The notes: generated by a model not told the origin, from the sequence alone. DNA of 64,000 nucleotides from Parcubacteria group bacterium M6-OD1-4 (GCA_003056205.1 LSNS01000004.1:188630-252629), one strand, 5' to 3'; shown: positions 1-10,865, counted from the stretch's first letter. Numbers and translations: made by a program.

Positions 1-1620
1 CATGGTAAATAAAGCGGTTTCAGCTTGATTTTTAATTTCCGCTTCTTCTTTCTTTTTCTGATCTTCTCCAGCATGAAGTTCTGCCTCTTTTTTCATTTTT
101 TCTATTTCTTCTTTACTGAGACCAGAAGAAGCGGTAATCGTAATCTTTTGTTGCTTATTGGTAGCCTTATCAGTGGCCGAGACATTTAAAATACCATTAG
201 CATCAATATCAAATTTAACTTCAATTTGCGGAACTCCGCGGGGAGCAGAAGGGATACCATCTAGAATAAAACGTCCTAAAGTTTTATTATCAGCAGCCAT
301 GGAACGTTCACCTTGAACAATGTGAATATCAACAGCAGTTTGACCATCAGCCGCCGTAGAAAAAATCTGTGATTTAGAAGTTGGAATAGTAGTATTCTTT
401 TCAATTAATGGGGTAGCCACTGAACCCATAGTTTCAATTCCTAAAGTTAAGGGGGTCACATCTAATAACAAAACATCTTTAACATCGCCTTGTAAAACAC
501 CCGCCTGAACTGCCGCTCCCATTGCTACAACTTCATCGGGATTAACATTAAGATTAGGTTCTTTATTAAAAAATTCTTTAACTTTTTTCTGAACCAAAGG
601 CATTCTGGTCATTCCACCAACCATAATTACTTCATTGATATCTGCTAATTTAAAACCAGAATCAGCAAGCGCTTTTTTACAAGGTTCAATTGTTTTTTCT
701 ACTAAATCTTGAATAAGAGTTTCTAGTTTTGCCCGTGAGAGCTTCATTACTAAGTGCTTAGGACCATTAGCATCAGTGGTGATAAAGGGTTGATTAATTT
801 CAGTTTCCTGTGCTGTTGATAATTCAATCTTAGCTTTCTCAGCTGATTCTTTAATACGCTGTAAAGCTAAAGGATCTTTAGATAAATCAATTCCCTGATC
901 TTTTTTGAATTCTTCAATAATCCAAGCAATAATCCGTTGATCAAAGTCTTCACCACCTAAGTGAGTATTACCATTGGTCGCTTTAACCTCAACAGTATCG
1001 CTAGAAATATCTAAAACCGAAACATCAAATGTTCCACCACCAAGATCATAAACAGCAATCTTTTGGCCCTGCTTTTTATCAAAACCATAAGCCAGCGCAG
1101 CGGCTGTTGGTTCGTTAATAATTCTCTTCACCTCTAAACCAGCAATTGTACCCGCATCTTTGGTGGCTTGACGCTGAGAATCATTAAAATAGGCGGGAAC
1201 AGTAATAATCGCTTCAGTAATTTTTTCTCCTAACTTAACTTCGGCATCGGCTTTTAATTTTGACAAAATCATTGCCGATATTTCTTGAGGACTATAATTT
1301 TTATCACCCATTTTAACTTGCACTCCTTCACCAGATTGCAAAATCTTATAGGGAGCAGTTTTTAGATCTCGTTGAACTTCGTCTTCACCAAAATGACGAC
1401 CAATCAAACGCTTCACCGCATAAACGGTATTCTCGGGGTTAATAACTGCCTGACGTTTTGCTGCTGAACCAACAATTCGTTCACCATTTTTATCAATAGC
1501 AACGACTGAAGGTGTGGTTCGATTACCTTCAATATTTTCAATGATTTTTGGTGCCCCCCCCTCCATAATTGCCATGGCGGAGTTTGTTGTCCCTAAATCA
1601 ATTCCTAAAATTTTAGACAT
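1..1620 (-). CDS. dnaK: Chaperone DnaK (Hsp70), runs off the window's left edge
   Basis: Not in the ORF track. Reading the minus strand from ATG at 1620 gives [29 protein letters not shown], then [18 protein letters not shown] and DLGGGTFD, all Hsp70 signatures. Confidence 0.98.
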   Translation of the reverse strand, partial: MSKILGIDLGTTNSAMAIMEGGAPKIIENIEGNRTTPSVVAIDKNGERIVGSAAKRQAVINPENTVYAVKRLIGRHFGEDEVQRDLKTAPYKILQSGEGVQVKMGDKNYSPQEISAMILSKLKADAEVKLGEKITEAIITVPAYFNDSQRQATKDAGTIAGLEVKRIINEPTAAALAYGFDKKQGQKIAVYDLGGGTFDVSVLDISSDTVEVKATNGNTHLGGEDFDQRIIAWIIEEFKKDQGIDLSKDPLALQRIKESAEKAKIELSTAQETEINQPFITTDANGPKHLVMKLSRAKLETLIQDLVEKTIEPCKKALADSGFKLADINEVIMVGGMTRMPLVQKKVKEFFNKEPNLNVNPDEVVAMGAAVQAGVLQGDVKDVLLLDVTPLTLGIETMGSVATPLIEKNTTIPTSKSQIFSTAADGQTAVDIHIVQGERSMAADNKTLGRFILDGIPSAPRGVPQIEVKFDIDANGILNVSATDKATNKQQKITITASSGLSKEEIEKMKKEAELHAGEDQKKKEEAEIKNQAETALFTM

Positions 1621-1651
1621 AATGTTTTTTGTTTAATTTATTATTAATTTA

Positions 1652-2089
1652 TTATTTATTTTTCTTCTTAGTTTCTATTTTGATGGTTTGTGACTTAATT
1701 TCCGGAGCTTTCGGAATAGTAATTTTTAGGATTCCTTCACTATTAACTGCTGTTGCTCGCTGACCATTAACCTTGGTTGGTAAAGGAATAGAACGATAAA
1801 AGGAACCTCGATGGATTTCTTTACGATAATAATTTTGATCATCAACTTCGCTTTTTTTCTCACTTTCTCCTTTTAGAGAAAGCACATTATTTTCAATAGA
1901 AATGCTAACTTTCTTGGGATCAATCCCTCCCAACTGGGTTTCAACAATAATATTATCTTTATCCTCGTAGATATCAACGGCGGGGGTAAAGCCAAATTGT
2001 TGACCACGAATTCCTGGTAACAGAGAATTCATGGTTTGCTCTAAATCATCAAATTCTGGAAAGAATGGTGTCCATTTTATTAAAGACAT
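1652..2089 (-). CDS. Hsp20/alpha-crystallin small heat-shock protein
   Basis: PAVDIYE..GSFYRSIPLP..GILKITIPK motifs; lies in the heat-shock operon. Confidence 0.95.
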   Translation of the reverse strand: MSLIKWTPFFPEFDDLEQTMNSLLPGIRGQQFGFTPAVDIYEDKDNIIVETQLGGIDPKKVSISIENNVLSLKGESEKKSEVDDQNYYRKEIHRGSFYRSIPLPTKVNGQRATAVNSEGILKITIPKAPEIKSQTIKIETKKKNK

Positions 2090-2173
2090 AATATTTCTAT
2101 TATTTTTCTTTAAAATTTAAGTGATTTACTAAAACTTAAATAGATAAAGAAAAAAAACTTTAAAAAAATAAAA

Positions 2174-2788
2174 TTACTTAACTATTACTTTAGCCGGTCT
2201 AATCACTCGACCATTCAGTTTATAGCCCGGCATAATTTCCTGCTGAACCTGGTCACCAGTACCACTGATTGCTTCCATGGTCTGATGATCAAATTTAGCA
2301 TTTTTAGTTTCAATCTCTTCTACTCCACGAGCATAGAGAACATTTTTAAATTCTTTTAAAACGTGTTTAACGCCAATTACCCAAGCACTTTTCAATTCTG
2401 TTTCACTTAAACCAGCAATAGAAATTTTTAAATGATCATAAATTGGTAAAATATCCTGTAAAAAATCACCAATGGCATATTTAATAAAATCTTGCTTCTC
2501 CTGGGCACTTTGCTTTAATAAATTATGATAGTCTGCTAAGGCCCGGCGGTATTTATTTTCCCAACTTTGTTGATCTTCTTCTTTAATAAGTTCAAAACGA
2601 GCTTGGCGACCCTTTTTAGTCTCCACTTCATCTAAAAATTCTGATAAAGGGCGAGACCAAAACTTTCCGTCTTTTAAGCCTTTATAAATAACTACTGGTT
2701 TTTCATTAATTGTCGATTTGGCTAATAGAACAATCTGATACTCGTGGCCTTTGTAATGACGATAAATTCCTTTTTTTAACTCAGGCAT
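2174..2788 (-). CDS. grpE: GrpE nucleotide exchange factor with an N-terminal DUF1653-like domain
   Basis: C-terminal RALADYHNL, FDHQTMEAI and GYKLNGRVIRPAKVIV are GrpE motifs. N-terminal GIYRHYKG..Y..WSRPLSEF..RF resembles DUF1653. Confidence 0.85.
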   Translation of the reverse strand: MPELKKGIYRHYKGHEYQIVLLAKSTINEKPVVIYKGLKDGKFWSRPLSEFLDEVETKKGRQARFELIKEEDQQSWENKYRRALADYHNLLKQSAQEKQDFIKYAIGDFLQDILPIYDHLKISIAGLSETELKSAWVIGVKHVLKEFKNVLYARGVEEIETKNAKFDHQTMEAISGTGDQVQQEIMPGYKLNGRVIRPAKVIVK

Positions 2789-2793
2789 AATAC

Positions 2794-3489
2794 TTATTGT
2801 TTAAATTTCTTTTCAATAAATGTTAATAAGGCTAAATTGTGACGATAATCCATGCGCATCGGACCAAGAATACCTAAAATAGCGCTTTGCTTGTTATTTT
2901 TATATTTAAGCAAAACTGTACTTAGAAAGTTTCCGAAAGGATTTTGTGAACCAATTAATACTTGCTGACCATTAGGTAATTTTTCAAAAACATCATCAAT
3001 AATTTCTTCTAAACGATCAATAACCTCAGAAACATTACAAACGGTATTAACCCGCTTAAATTCTGGCTGAGCAAATAAATTAGCTAAACCAGTATAAAAT
3101 AAATTATTCTTATGAAAAGCCCAAAAAACAGTAGCCGATGAAAATTTAGCAATTATTTTGGCAATTTGTTTATAAGCCGTTTCTTCATGCTTAAAGAACT
3201 TATCAAGGGTTTTTAGTTCCGAATCTTTTAGTTCTGTTTTCTGGTGATTATTCCTAATATCTAATAAAAATAATTCATAAGCTAACTCAGTGGGAATACG
3301 TCCCGAAGAAGTATGGGGCTGATAAATATAACCAGCATTCTCTAATTCCATCATTTCATTACGCACTGTCGCTGGGGAAATATTTAATTTATATTTATTT
3401 ACTAAAACACCCGAAGAAACTGCTTGAGCAGTTTTCAAATATTCTTTAATAACAGTAAATAATAAAAATTTTTTACGTTCAGAAATCAT
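2794..3489 (-). CDS. hrcA: Heat-inducible transcription repressor HrcA (short form)
   Basis: SPATVRNEM..LE..GYIYQPHTSSGRIPT and GILGPMRMDY motifs; CIRCE directly upstream. Confidence 0.95.
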   Translation of the reverse strand: MISERKKFLLFTVIKEYLKTAQAVSSGVLVNKYKLNISPATVRNEMMELENAGYIYQPHTSSGRIPTELAYELFLLDIRNNHQKTELKDSELKTLDKFFKHEETAYKQIAKIIAKFSSATVFWAFHKNNLFYTGLANLFAQPEFKRVNTVCNVSEVIDRLEEIIDDVFEKLPNGQQVLIGSQNPFGNFLSTVLLKYKNNKQSAILGILGPMRMDYRHNLALLTFIEKKFKQ

Positions 3490-3497
3490 ACATATCT

Positions 3498-3526
3498 ATT
3501 ATAGCGCTAATTAGCACTCAAGTCAA
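3498..3526 (-). promoter_or_regulatory. Sigma70-type promoter of the hrcA operon
   Basis: Minus strand TTGACT (3526-3521), 17-bp spacer, TATAAT (3503-3498). Confidence 0.85.
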
Positions 3527-3537
3527 GAGAGTGCTAA
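3511..3537. promoter_or_regulatory. CIRCE operator (HrcA-binding site)
   Basis: Exact TTAGCACTC-N9-GAGTGCTAA at 3511-3537. Confidence 0.97.
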
Positions 3538-3574
3538 TTATTATTATTATTTACCTAATATTTAAACAATATCT

Positions 3575-5710
3575 TTATTTAGAAACTAAAGGATGATCAA
3601 CTGTAAAATACCATTTAATAATATCTCGGGAAATAAAAGCTGTAATAGCATCACCAGCAACCCCCTTCTCAACAATAACAGCAATCACAATTTGCGGTTT
3701 TTTATAGGGAGCAAAAGCAGTAAACCAAGCATGGGGTGGTTCGGTTGAAGACCATTGGGCAGTTCCTGTCTTTCCTGCTGTCGCTACTGGTAAATACTCT
3801 AATTCTCGACCACTACCGCTAGTAACGGCCTGGCGCATTCCTTCCCGAACAATTTGTAAATTAGCTGAAGAAATAAAATGACTGCGAATAACCACGGGCT
3901 TAATAACTTTAATAACTTGATTATCAGAATTTAATATTTTACTAACGAGATGTGGGCGATAAAGAGTCCCCCCATTAGCAACGGCGGAGATATAATTAGC
4001 AACTTGTAAGGGAGTAACCAATAATGCTCCCTGACCAATAGATAAATGATAAGTATCACCAACATACCAAGCTTGGTGTTTAACCCGTTCTTTCCAGGCT
4101 GCTGTTGGAACAAAGCCTGGACGTTCTCCCGGCAAATCAATACCCGTTAATTGACCAAGTCCGAAGAGCCGCGCATATTTTATCAAACCCGAAAGTCCCA
4201 AACCTTTAAAATTCTTATAGCCACCACCAATCATATAAAAGAAGGTATTCACTGACCAAGCAAGAGCCTTTTTAACATTTGTTATTCCATGTCCACCGGG
4301 TTTCCAATCGGGGAAAAACCACTGACCAATTCGTAAACCACCAGTACTTAAAACTGTGGTATTCTCAGTAATTATTTTGTCTTGCAAAGCACCCGCGGCA
4401 AAGACGGGTTTAATAACCGAACCTGAGGGAAATTCTCCACTGATGGCTCGGTCAAATAAAGGTTTATCGGGATTATTTAAAAATTTATCATATTCCTGTT
4501 GACTAATTCCTCGGGCAAATAAATTATTATTATAAGCTGGTAAACTAACGAGAGCGAGGATCGCCCCATTATTAGGATTCATTACTACTGCCGCCGCCCG
4601 ATGTAATTTTGCTTTCTTTAAATATATTTTTAGAACCCTTTCTACTTCTTGCTGTAAGCGGCCATCTAAAGATAATTCCAGATTATGACCATTAACCGCT
4701 GGAGTAATACTAACAATCTTTTCTTGGCGACCCAGAGCATCAACTTCAATATTTATCTTTCCAGGAGCACCTTTTAACTGTTTTTCCCAAGAATATTCTA
4801 AACCAGTTTTTCCGACATAATCTAGAGGAGAATAATTATTGCCTAATTTTTTTAATTCTGAGGCTGTAATTTTCCCCGTATAACCAAGAAGATGAGAAAA
4901 GCTACTCCTCCCGAGAATAATTGGTTGAGAACTAGTGCTGGGTAATAGATATTCTCGTCTAATCTTGCTGGATAAAAAAACTCCGGGCCAATTCGGAAGA
5001 TGGAGATCAATTTGTAAGGCTTGATCATAAGGAATTTTATCAAAAGCAAATAATGGTTTATATGATTCTAAAGAACCAATTTGGACCGTAGATAAAATAT
5101 GTTTTAATTTATAAAAAATAGCATTATCAGTGCTAATCTGAATAGTTGAAGTTCCTAGATGATAAATATCAGAATTCTTAATTAGATTAGAATTATGAGT
5201 ATCGGGATTTACATTACCAGATAATATCTTACTAACTTTACGTAATAGATTATCACGTACTAACTCATTTTTCGGTAAATCAATTGGTTTAAAATATAAA
5301 ACAAAATTAGCTTTATTACGCACTAACGCTCGTAAATTACGTGTATAAATAATTCCCCGTTTTGGTTCAATAATCTCCGAACGCAAACGATTTCCTTCAG
5401 ATAAAGAATTATAATAATTATTCTTACCAATTTGCAACCAGAATGCTCGTCCAATTAAAAACAATAAACCAAGAATTATTATTAAAGAAAAATATTTTAA
5501 TTTATTAAAATCAAAAGATAAATTAATAATTTCCTTGCGCTGATTATCTGCTAAAAACGACTCCTCAGTCCAATTAGTATAATAGAAAGAATCCTTCAAG
5601 CCTCCAAAATGAAAGCGTCCTTCTTTAATTAGAAAAGGGTCTTCTTTTTTGGTGGATAACATTTCAACTAAACGATCTTTTTTAGTTTTCTTAAAAAAAT
5701 TTCTAAACAT
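3575..5710 (-). CDS. mrdA: Penicillin-binding protein 2 (class B transpeptidase)
   Basis: N-terminal TM, RGIIY, GKTGLE, and active-site motifs SVIK (SxxK), SVN and KTGTAQ. Confidence 0.93.
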   Translation of the reverse strand: MFRNFFKKTKKDRLVEMLSTKKEDPFLIKEGRFHFGGLKDSFYYTNWTEESFLADNQRKEIINLSFDFNKLKYFSLIIILGLLFLIGRAFWLQIGKNNYYNSLSEGNRLRSEIIEPKRGIIYTRNLRALVRNKANFVLYFKPIDLPKNELVRDNLLRKVSKILSGNVNPDTHNSNLIKNSDIYHLGTSTIQISTDNAIFYKLKHILSTVQIGSLESYKPLFAFDKIPYDQALQIDLHLPNWPGVFLSSKIRREYLLPSTSSQPIILGRSSFSHLLGYTGKITASELKKLGNNYSPLDYVGKTGLEYSWEKQLKGAPGKINIEVDALGRQEKIVSITPAVNGHNLELSLDGRLQQEVERVLKIYLKKAKLHRAAAVVMNPNNGAILALVSLPAYNNNLFARGISQQEYDKFLNNPDKPLFDRAISGEFPSGSVIKPVFAAGALQDKIITENTTVLSTGGLRIGQWFFPDWKPGGHGITNVKKALAWSVNTFFYMIGGGYKNFKGLGLSGLIKYARLFGLGQLTGIDLPGERPGFVPTAAWKERVKHQAWYVGDTYHLSIGQGALLVTPLQVANYISAVANGGTLYRPHLVSKILNSDNQVIKVIKPVVIRSHFISSANLQIVREGMRQAVTSGSGRELEYLPVATAGKTGTAQWSSTEPPHAWFTAFAPYKKPQIVIAVIVEKGVAGDAITAFISRDIIKWYFTVDHPLVSK

Positions 5711-5898
5711 ATCTGTTAAAAATTTTAACGTTAATTAGATAGAAAAGCAAGAATAAAAAACGGCTTAAAAGGCAATAGTAACTTTATTTTTTATTTATAA
5801 AAACTTTAGATTTTATTCATCCAATTTCTGTTATAATTAAAAATGTCTTTCATAATAATTATTAATTTAAAAGTTTTAAAAATCTAAAAAATAAAAAT

Positions 5899-6570
5899 AT
5901 GCACTTACTCTTAATAGAAGACGATCTTAATATTACGAAGGCACTCATCCCCATTCTAAAAGAAAAAGGTTACAACATTGATCAAGCTTCAGAAGGAGAG
6001 CGCGGTTATTTCCTCGCCAGCACAAATAATTATGATTTGCTGATTTTGGATTATAATCTTCCGAAATTAACTGGTCGGGAGCTGATTAAAAAATTACGAC
6101 AAGAAAAAAATATTGTTCCTATTCTCATGCTAACCGTTCGTAACGAATTAAAGGAAAAAATTGATTTGTTTGAACTCGGAGTTGATGATTATCTAACTAA
6201 ACCTTTTAAAATTCCAGAGCTCTTAGCCCGAATTACAGCTTTATTACGACGACCGCAAAGCTGGCGTGGTAATATTTTAAAAATAAAGAATTTAGAACTA
6301 GATCATAATAAATTTTTAGTCACTAAAAATAAAATTAGAATAGCTCTGTCCTCTAAAGAATTTACCCTGTTAGAATATTTATTAGCAAACCAAGGAACAG
6401 TTTTATCTCGCCAGAATATTATGGAATACGTTTGGGATGAAAATGCTGATCCTTTTTCTAATACGATTGAAGTTCACATTGGAAATCTTCGTCGAAAGCT
6501 AGAAACTAAAAAAGAAAAATTTATTTTTACCATTTCTAACCGAGGCTATAAAATTGATCAGCAAAAATAA
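5899..6570 (+). CDS. OmpR/PhoB-family response regulator
   Basis: Receiver domain (IEDD, LILD, DDYLTKPF) plus winged helix (NTIEVHIGNLRRKL..RGY). Confidence 0.95.
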   Translation: MHLLLIEDDLNITKALIPILKEKGYNIDQASEGERGYFLASTNNYDLLILDYNLPKLTGRELIKKLRQEKNIVPILMLTVRNELKEKIDLFELGVDDYLTKPFKIPELLARITALLRRPQSWRGNILKIKNLELDHNKFLVTKNKIRIALSSKEFTLLEYLLANQGTVLSRQNIMEYVWDENADPFSNTIEVHIGNLRRKLETKKEKFIFTISNRGYKIDQQK

Positions 6571-6588
6571 TAATAAAAACTAATAAAT

Positions 6589-8009
6589 ATGAATAAGTAT
6601 AAGATGGGGATTAAAAATTGGTGTTTGAAATTAATTGAACCGCAAAGTTTAAAAAAAAATTTAAAACGTAAAGAATTATTACTGAATATTTTATTAGTTT
6701 TTTCAATTGCCAGTTTCTTATTAATAAATCTAATAAATTTAATAGATTTATTAAACCACAACCAAAACTACTGCTTAGCGCCAATTTATGCTGGACCAAT
6801 TTTATTTTTTCTATTATTTATCTTTTATCTATCTAAAAAAGGGAAAATTAAGCTTGCTAGCTGGTTGCTATTATTAATTTATTCTTGGCCGATGCTTCAC
6901 TTGTTTATTATGCGTGGGGTAAATTTACCAGTGGCCCTATTATTCGCTGTTCTAATTATTTCTTTATTTGGTCTCTTACTTGGTGCTAGTCTTTCTCTAA
7001 TAAGCAGCGGAATAATCGGGATTCTGATGATTTCATTAAGCTATATCAAACATTTAAATTTAATGCCCGTTGATAATTATTGGCAAAATGAAATAAATGA
7101 AATCAGTCTTTATGTTCTGCTTTTACTACTAATTTCCACGATTATTTGGCTGTTTGCTCGAAATTTAAAACAAGCCTTGTTTCGTGCTCAAGCTAGTGAA
7201 AAAAAATTGCAACAGGAACGAGACTTATTAGAACTAAAAGTAATGGAAAAAACCACTGCTCTGCGTCAAATAGAAAAAGAAAAAATAATTCAGCTTTATC
7301 GTCTGGCTAATTTTGGACGTCTATCCTCGGGTGTTTTTCACGATTTAATCAATCCCTTAAGCGCTGTCTCCCTTAACCTCCAGCAAGTTCAAGAAGAAAC
7401 CAAGGCTCTAAATAATGTTAATCTCTATTTGGAACAAGCCATTGTCGCTGCTCATCAAATAGAAGATTTAATGGCGGGAATTAAAAAAATTATTCAACAA
7501 AAAAAGTAATTCGGGAATTTTTTAATATTAATGAAGAAATTAAAAAGATTATTTGTGTTTTAACTTTTAAAGCTCGTCGAGCAAAAGTTAAAATAAATTT
7601 TGATCCAGGAATTAATATCAATTTTTACGGAAACAGCGTTAAATTCGGACAAATAATTATGAATCTAATTGCCAATGCTATTGAAGCTAATGAAGAACAA
7701 AATAAAAAAGAGAAAATAAGATTACTTGAAAAGGAAGTCCAAATTAAAATCTGGAAAAACAAAAATAAAATTCGGATTACTATTGATGATCAGGGGACTG
7801 GTATCGCTCCAGAAAATATCATTAAAATTTTTGATTTATTTTTTACTACTAAAACTAAAGCTAATCAGGGTTTAGGAGTTGGACTATCTTCCGCCAAAAC
7901 AATTATTGAAGAGGATTTTCAAGGAGGAATTAGAGTAAAAAATAGAGAAAAAGAGGGGAGCCAATTCATTGTCTCTTTACCTTTTGCTTTCCCAAAAGTC
8001 CTTAGCTAA
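6589..8009 (+). pseudogene. Membrane sensor histidine kinase interrupted by a -1 frameshift at 7500-7506 (pseudogene, programmed frameshift or assembly error)
   Basis: ORF 6589-7509 has TM helices and the H-box GVFHDLINPL. The -1 frame is open from about 7500 to 8009 and carries QIIMNLIANA, DQGTGI, FFTTK and GLGVGLS (HATPase). Confidence 0.8.
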
Positions 8010-8100
8010 TAGCTAATATTATTTTTAAATTAAGATTTAAAAGGTAAAAAATGATATAATAAGCTTATTAATTTACAAAATATTTATCTAAAAGACAACT

Positions 8101-8814
8101 ATGCCTCAAGATTTATTATCAATTATTGTCCCCGTGTATAATGAAGAACAACTTATTGGTACTTCCTTGCCGAAGATTTTTGAATTAAAGATTGCCAAAG
8201 AAGTAATAATTGTTAATGATGGTTCAACGGATCAAACGGGAATTATTCTTCAAGACTTACAACAAAAATTTAATTTTCAATTAATTAGCGAAACCAAGAA
8301 TAAAGGTAAAGGCTTTGCCGTCAGACAAGCTTTGAAACAGATTTCTGGAAATTATTTTATTATTTATGATGCTGATGATGAATATCAACTTAGTGATGTC
8401 GTTTCCCTCTTTGAAGAAATACAGAAAATTAATTTGTCCATGAACGCTCCAAAATCTAATCCCCAACCAGTAGTTCTTTACGGATCACGTTGGTTACATA
8501 AACCAGCGCTGAGTGCTCATTATCTCGTAAATAAATTTCTCACTGCCTTAACTAATCTGCTTTTTTCTAGTCACTTAACTGACATGGAAACTTGTTTAAA
8601 ACTAATCCCCAGCACCGCCTTAAAAGATTTAAAATTAAAAGGACGACGCTTTGAGATTGAACCAGAAATAACCGCTCAGTTATTAAAAGCTAATTATCTA
8701 ATTAAAGAGTTGCCAATTCAATATACTCGACGTAATTATCAACAAGGGAAAAAAATAAAAGCTCGTGATGGCCTTTTAGCAATTTATACTCTTATTAAAG
8801 AAAGGCTTATTTAA
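8101..8814 (+). CDS. Glycosyltransferase family 2, polyprenol-phosphate sugar synthase (DPM-like)
   Basis: IIVPVYNE, VNDGSTD, NKGKG, YDAD, TDMETC and RFEIEPE motifs. Confidence 0.9.
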   Translation: MPQDLLSIIVPVYNEEQLIGTSLPKIFELKIAKEVIIVNDGSTDQTGIILQDLQQKFNFQLISETKNKGKGFAVRQALKQISGNYFIIYDADDEYQLSDVVSLFEEIQKINLSMNAPKSNPQPVVLYGSRWLHKPALSAHYLVNKFLTALTNLLFSSHLTDMETCLKLIPSTALKDLKLKGRRFEIEPEITAQLLKANYLIKELPIQYTRRNYQQGKKIKARDGLLAIYTLIKERLI

Positions 8815-10840
8815 ATAGTGGTAACTTACCGACCGCTTGTAGAGATTTAACTTCCTGTAAATAATGGCGAGCGGTAATATTGTTTCTATCCAGATTTTGA
8901 GCTTTTCGCCAAGACTGAGCCGCTTGTTGATAATTGCCTAAACGCCAATAAACTAGGGCTTCTTGATTATAAACCGCTGGTAAGTGATAACCCGCTTGAA
9001 AAGCACGAGAAAAGTAATTTAAAGCCACTTGTAAATCAAGGGCATCTTGACTATGAGCATATAAGGATCCTAAAGAAAATAAAGCTTGGCGATTATTAGG
9101 AAAAGTAAAAAGAATATTTTGATAGATAACTTGAGCAATATCTTCTTGACCCAGCTCTTGAGCCAAGAAGGCTAAATTGAATTTCTCCCTTAGATTAGAA
9201 TGCAAACTTAAATGACGTAAACGAGCACGCAAAGCTAAATTATTTAAAGTCAATTTTTTAATTACTAATGGATTAGTAGTTTTTTTATTAAGGAGAATAA
9301 GAGAATAACGACCAAAATAAACTAAAGACCAATTTTTGTCTTTCAAAATAAAAGGTAAAAACTTTTGGGCCCAAGGAGTAGAATCGGTATAAGCGAAAAA
9401 AATAGTTTGAAAATGATATTGATTACTAATTTTTTTCCAAACCACGGGATTGTTTTGCAGAGGCTTATAAATATTTTCAAAAAATTTAACGGGATAAGCT
9501 TCCGGACGATTATCAACAAAAACTCGTTCTTGAGGATAAAGCCAAAAGATTAAGGCACTACCTAGATCATAATTATTAAAAATAGGACCTTTTAATTTAT
9601 GATCTTTAAAAAAATTTGAAGCGTTAGTACTGCCAGTCGCTAAACCCCAGCCAAAAGAATTTTTAATAAAATTTTGCTGACTAATAAAATTACTTCCTAA
9701 ATAAAGAAGGCTAACAATAATTAATATTAATAAAGTGATAGACAAATAAAGAGGTTTAATTTTTTGATAAATTAAATTAATCAAAACTTTCTTATTAAAA
9801 CCATTTTTTAGACTCATTAGATTAGTACTAATCAAAACCAAGGCAATTAAAGCGAATAAAGAAATATTACGAGAAGCAAATAGTCCAAGACCAGCAAAAA
9901 AAATCATTAAAAAAGTTGAGAACAGTTGTAATTTTTTGCTAATCAGCCAGTTTAAGGCCCAACTTAAAATCAATAGTAATAATAAAACTTTAAAAATAAT
10001 AAAATTATAATTAACCATTAAATGACTAAGATAAAAAATACTTTTATTCTCAGCAATTTGATAACCGTAATGACGTAAAATAACAAAAGGATAAATCAAG
10101 CCCCGCCAGGTATTGGGATTTATTAAACAAACTAGAGTTAATAAAATAAAATTTTTAATCCAAGGACCTGCTCGCCGCCAAGCCAATTGCCAACGATCTG
10201 GAAAGCTGGTTAAACGCTGACCCAGGGGTGGCAAAAATTCAGCGAGAGCCTTAAAACCTAATAAAGCTAAACCAATAAAAAAATAAATATGAAGATTAAC
10301 CCATAAAATAAAAATGGGGACTAACCAATATAAACGACGATAATTTTTAGTAGTTGCTACCCGGTCAATAATCAACCAAGTTAAAATAATAAATAAATAA
10401 CTAAAAGCCTCAGGACGAATATTAATCCGTTCAGTTAACAAAAAAATAACTGGTAACGATAAAAAGCTAGCCAAATAAAAATTACTTTTTTTACGAGCAA
10501 AATTAAAAGTTAAAGCAAAAATTAATACCGCTAACAAAGCATTAAATAGAGAAAGTAGCTTAAAGCCTCCCCATAAATAGATAGTGTAAAAAACTACTCC
10601 CGCAAACCAATGATGATTGATAAATGGAAAATTCGTTTCGGTATAAGAATAGAGGTTGGTATAAAGAACTTGGCTATTTTGCCAAAGAACTTTTCCATTC
10701 TCTAAGTGTCGCCCAAGATCAATGGAGCTGAACTCAATTTTCTGAGAATGAATTATAAAAATCAGAGATAATAATCCGCAGATAATTAAAATTTTAAATA
10801 CTTTCTCAATCTTGATTTTATGAAATATAGAATACTTCAT
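8807..10840 (-). CDS. Polytopic membrane protein (GT-C-like) with C-terminal TPR repeats
   Basis: N-terminal DLGRHL..G, RPEAF and WVNLH motifs, many TM segments, FVDNRPEAY, and TPR-like helices at the C-terminus. Confidence 0.65.
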   Translation of the reverse strand: MKYSIFHKIKIEKVFKILIICGLLSLIFIIHSQKIEFSSIDLGRHLENGKVLWQNSQVLYTNLYSYTETNFPFINHHWFAGVVFYTIYLWGGFKLLSLFNALLAVLIFALTFNFARKKSNFYLASFLSLPVIFLLTERINIRPEAFSYLFIILTWLIIDRVATTKNYRRLYWLVPIFILWVNLHIYFFIGLALLGFKALAEFLPPLGQRLTSFPDRWQLAWRRAGPWIKNFILLTLVCLINPNTWRGLIYPFVILRHYGYQIAENKSIFYLSHLMVNYNFIIFKVLLLLLILSWALNWLISKKLQLFSTFLMIFFAGLGLFASRNISLFALIALVLISTNLMSLKNGFNKKVLINLIYQKIKPLYLSITLLILIIVSLLYLGSNFISQQNFIKNSFGWGLATGSTNASNFFKDHKLKGPIFNNYDLGSALIFWLYPQERVFVDNRPEAYPVKFFENIYKPLQNNPVVWKKISNQYHFQTIFFAYTDSTPWAQKFLPFILKDKNWSLVYFGRYSLILLNKKTTNPLVIKKLTLNNLALRARLRHLSLHSNLREKFNLAFLAQELGQEDIAQVIYQNILFTFPNNRQALFSLGSLYAHSQDALDLQVALNYFSRAFQAGYHLPAVYNQEALVYWRLGNYQQAAQSWRKAQNLDRNNITARHYLQEVKSLQAVGKLPLFK

Positions 10841-10865
10841 TAATTAAACTAAAGTTAATAATAAT

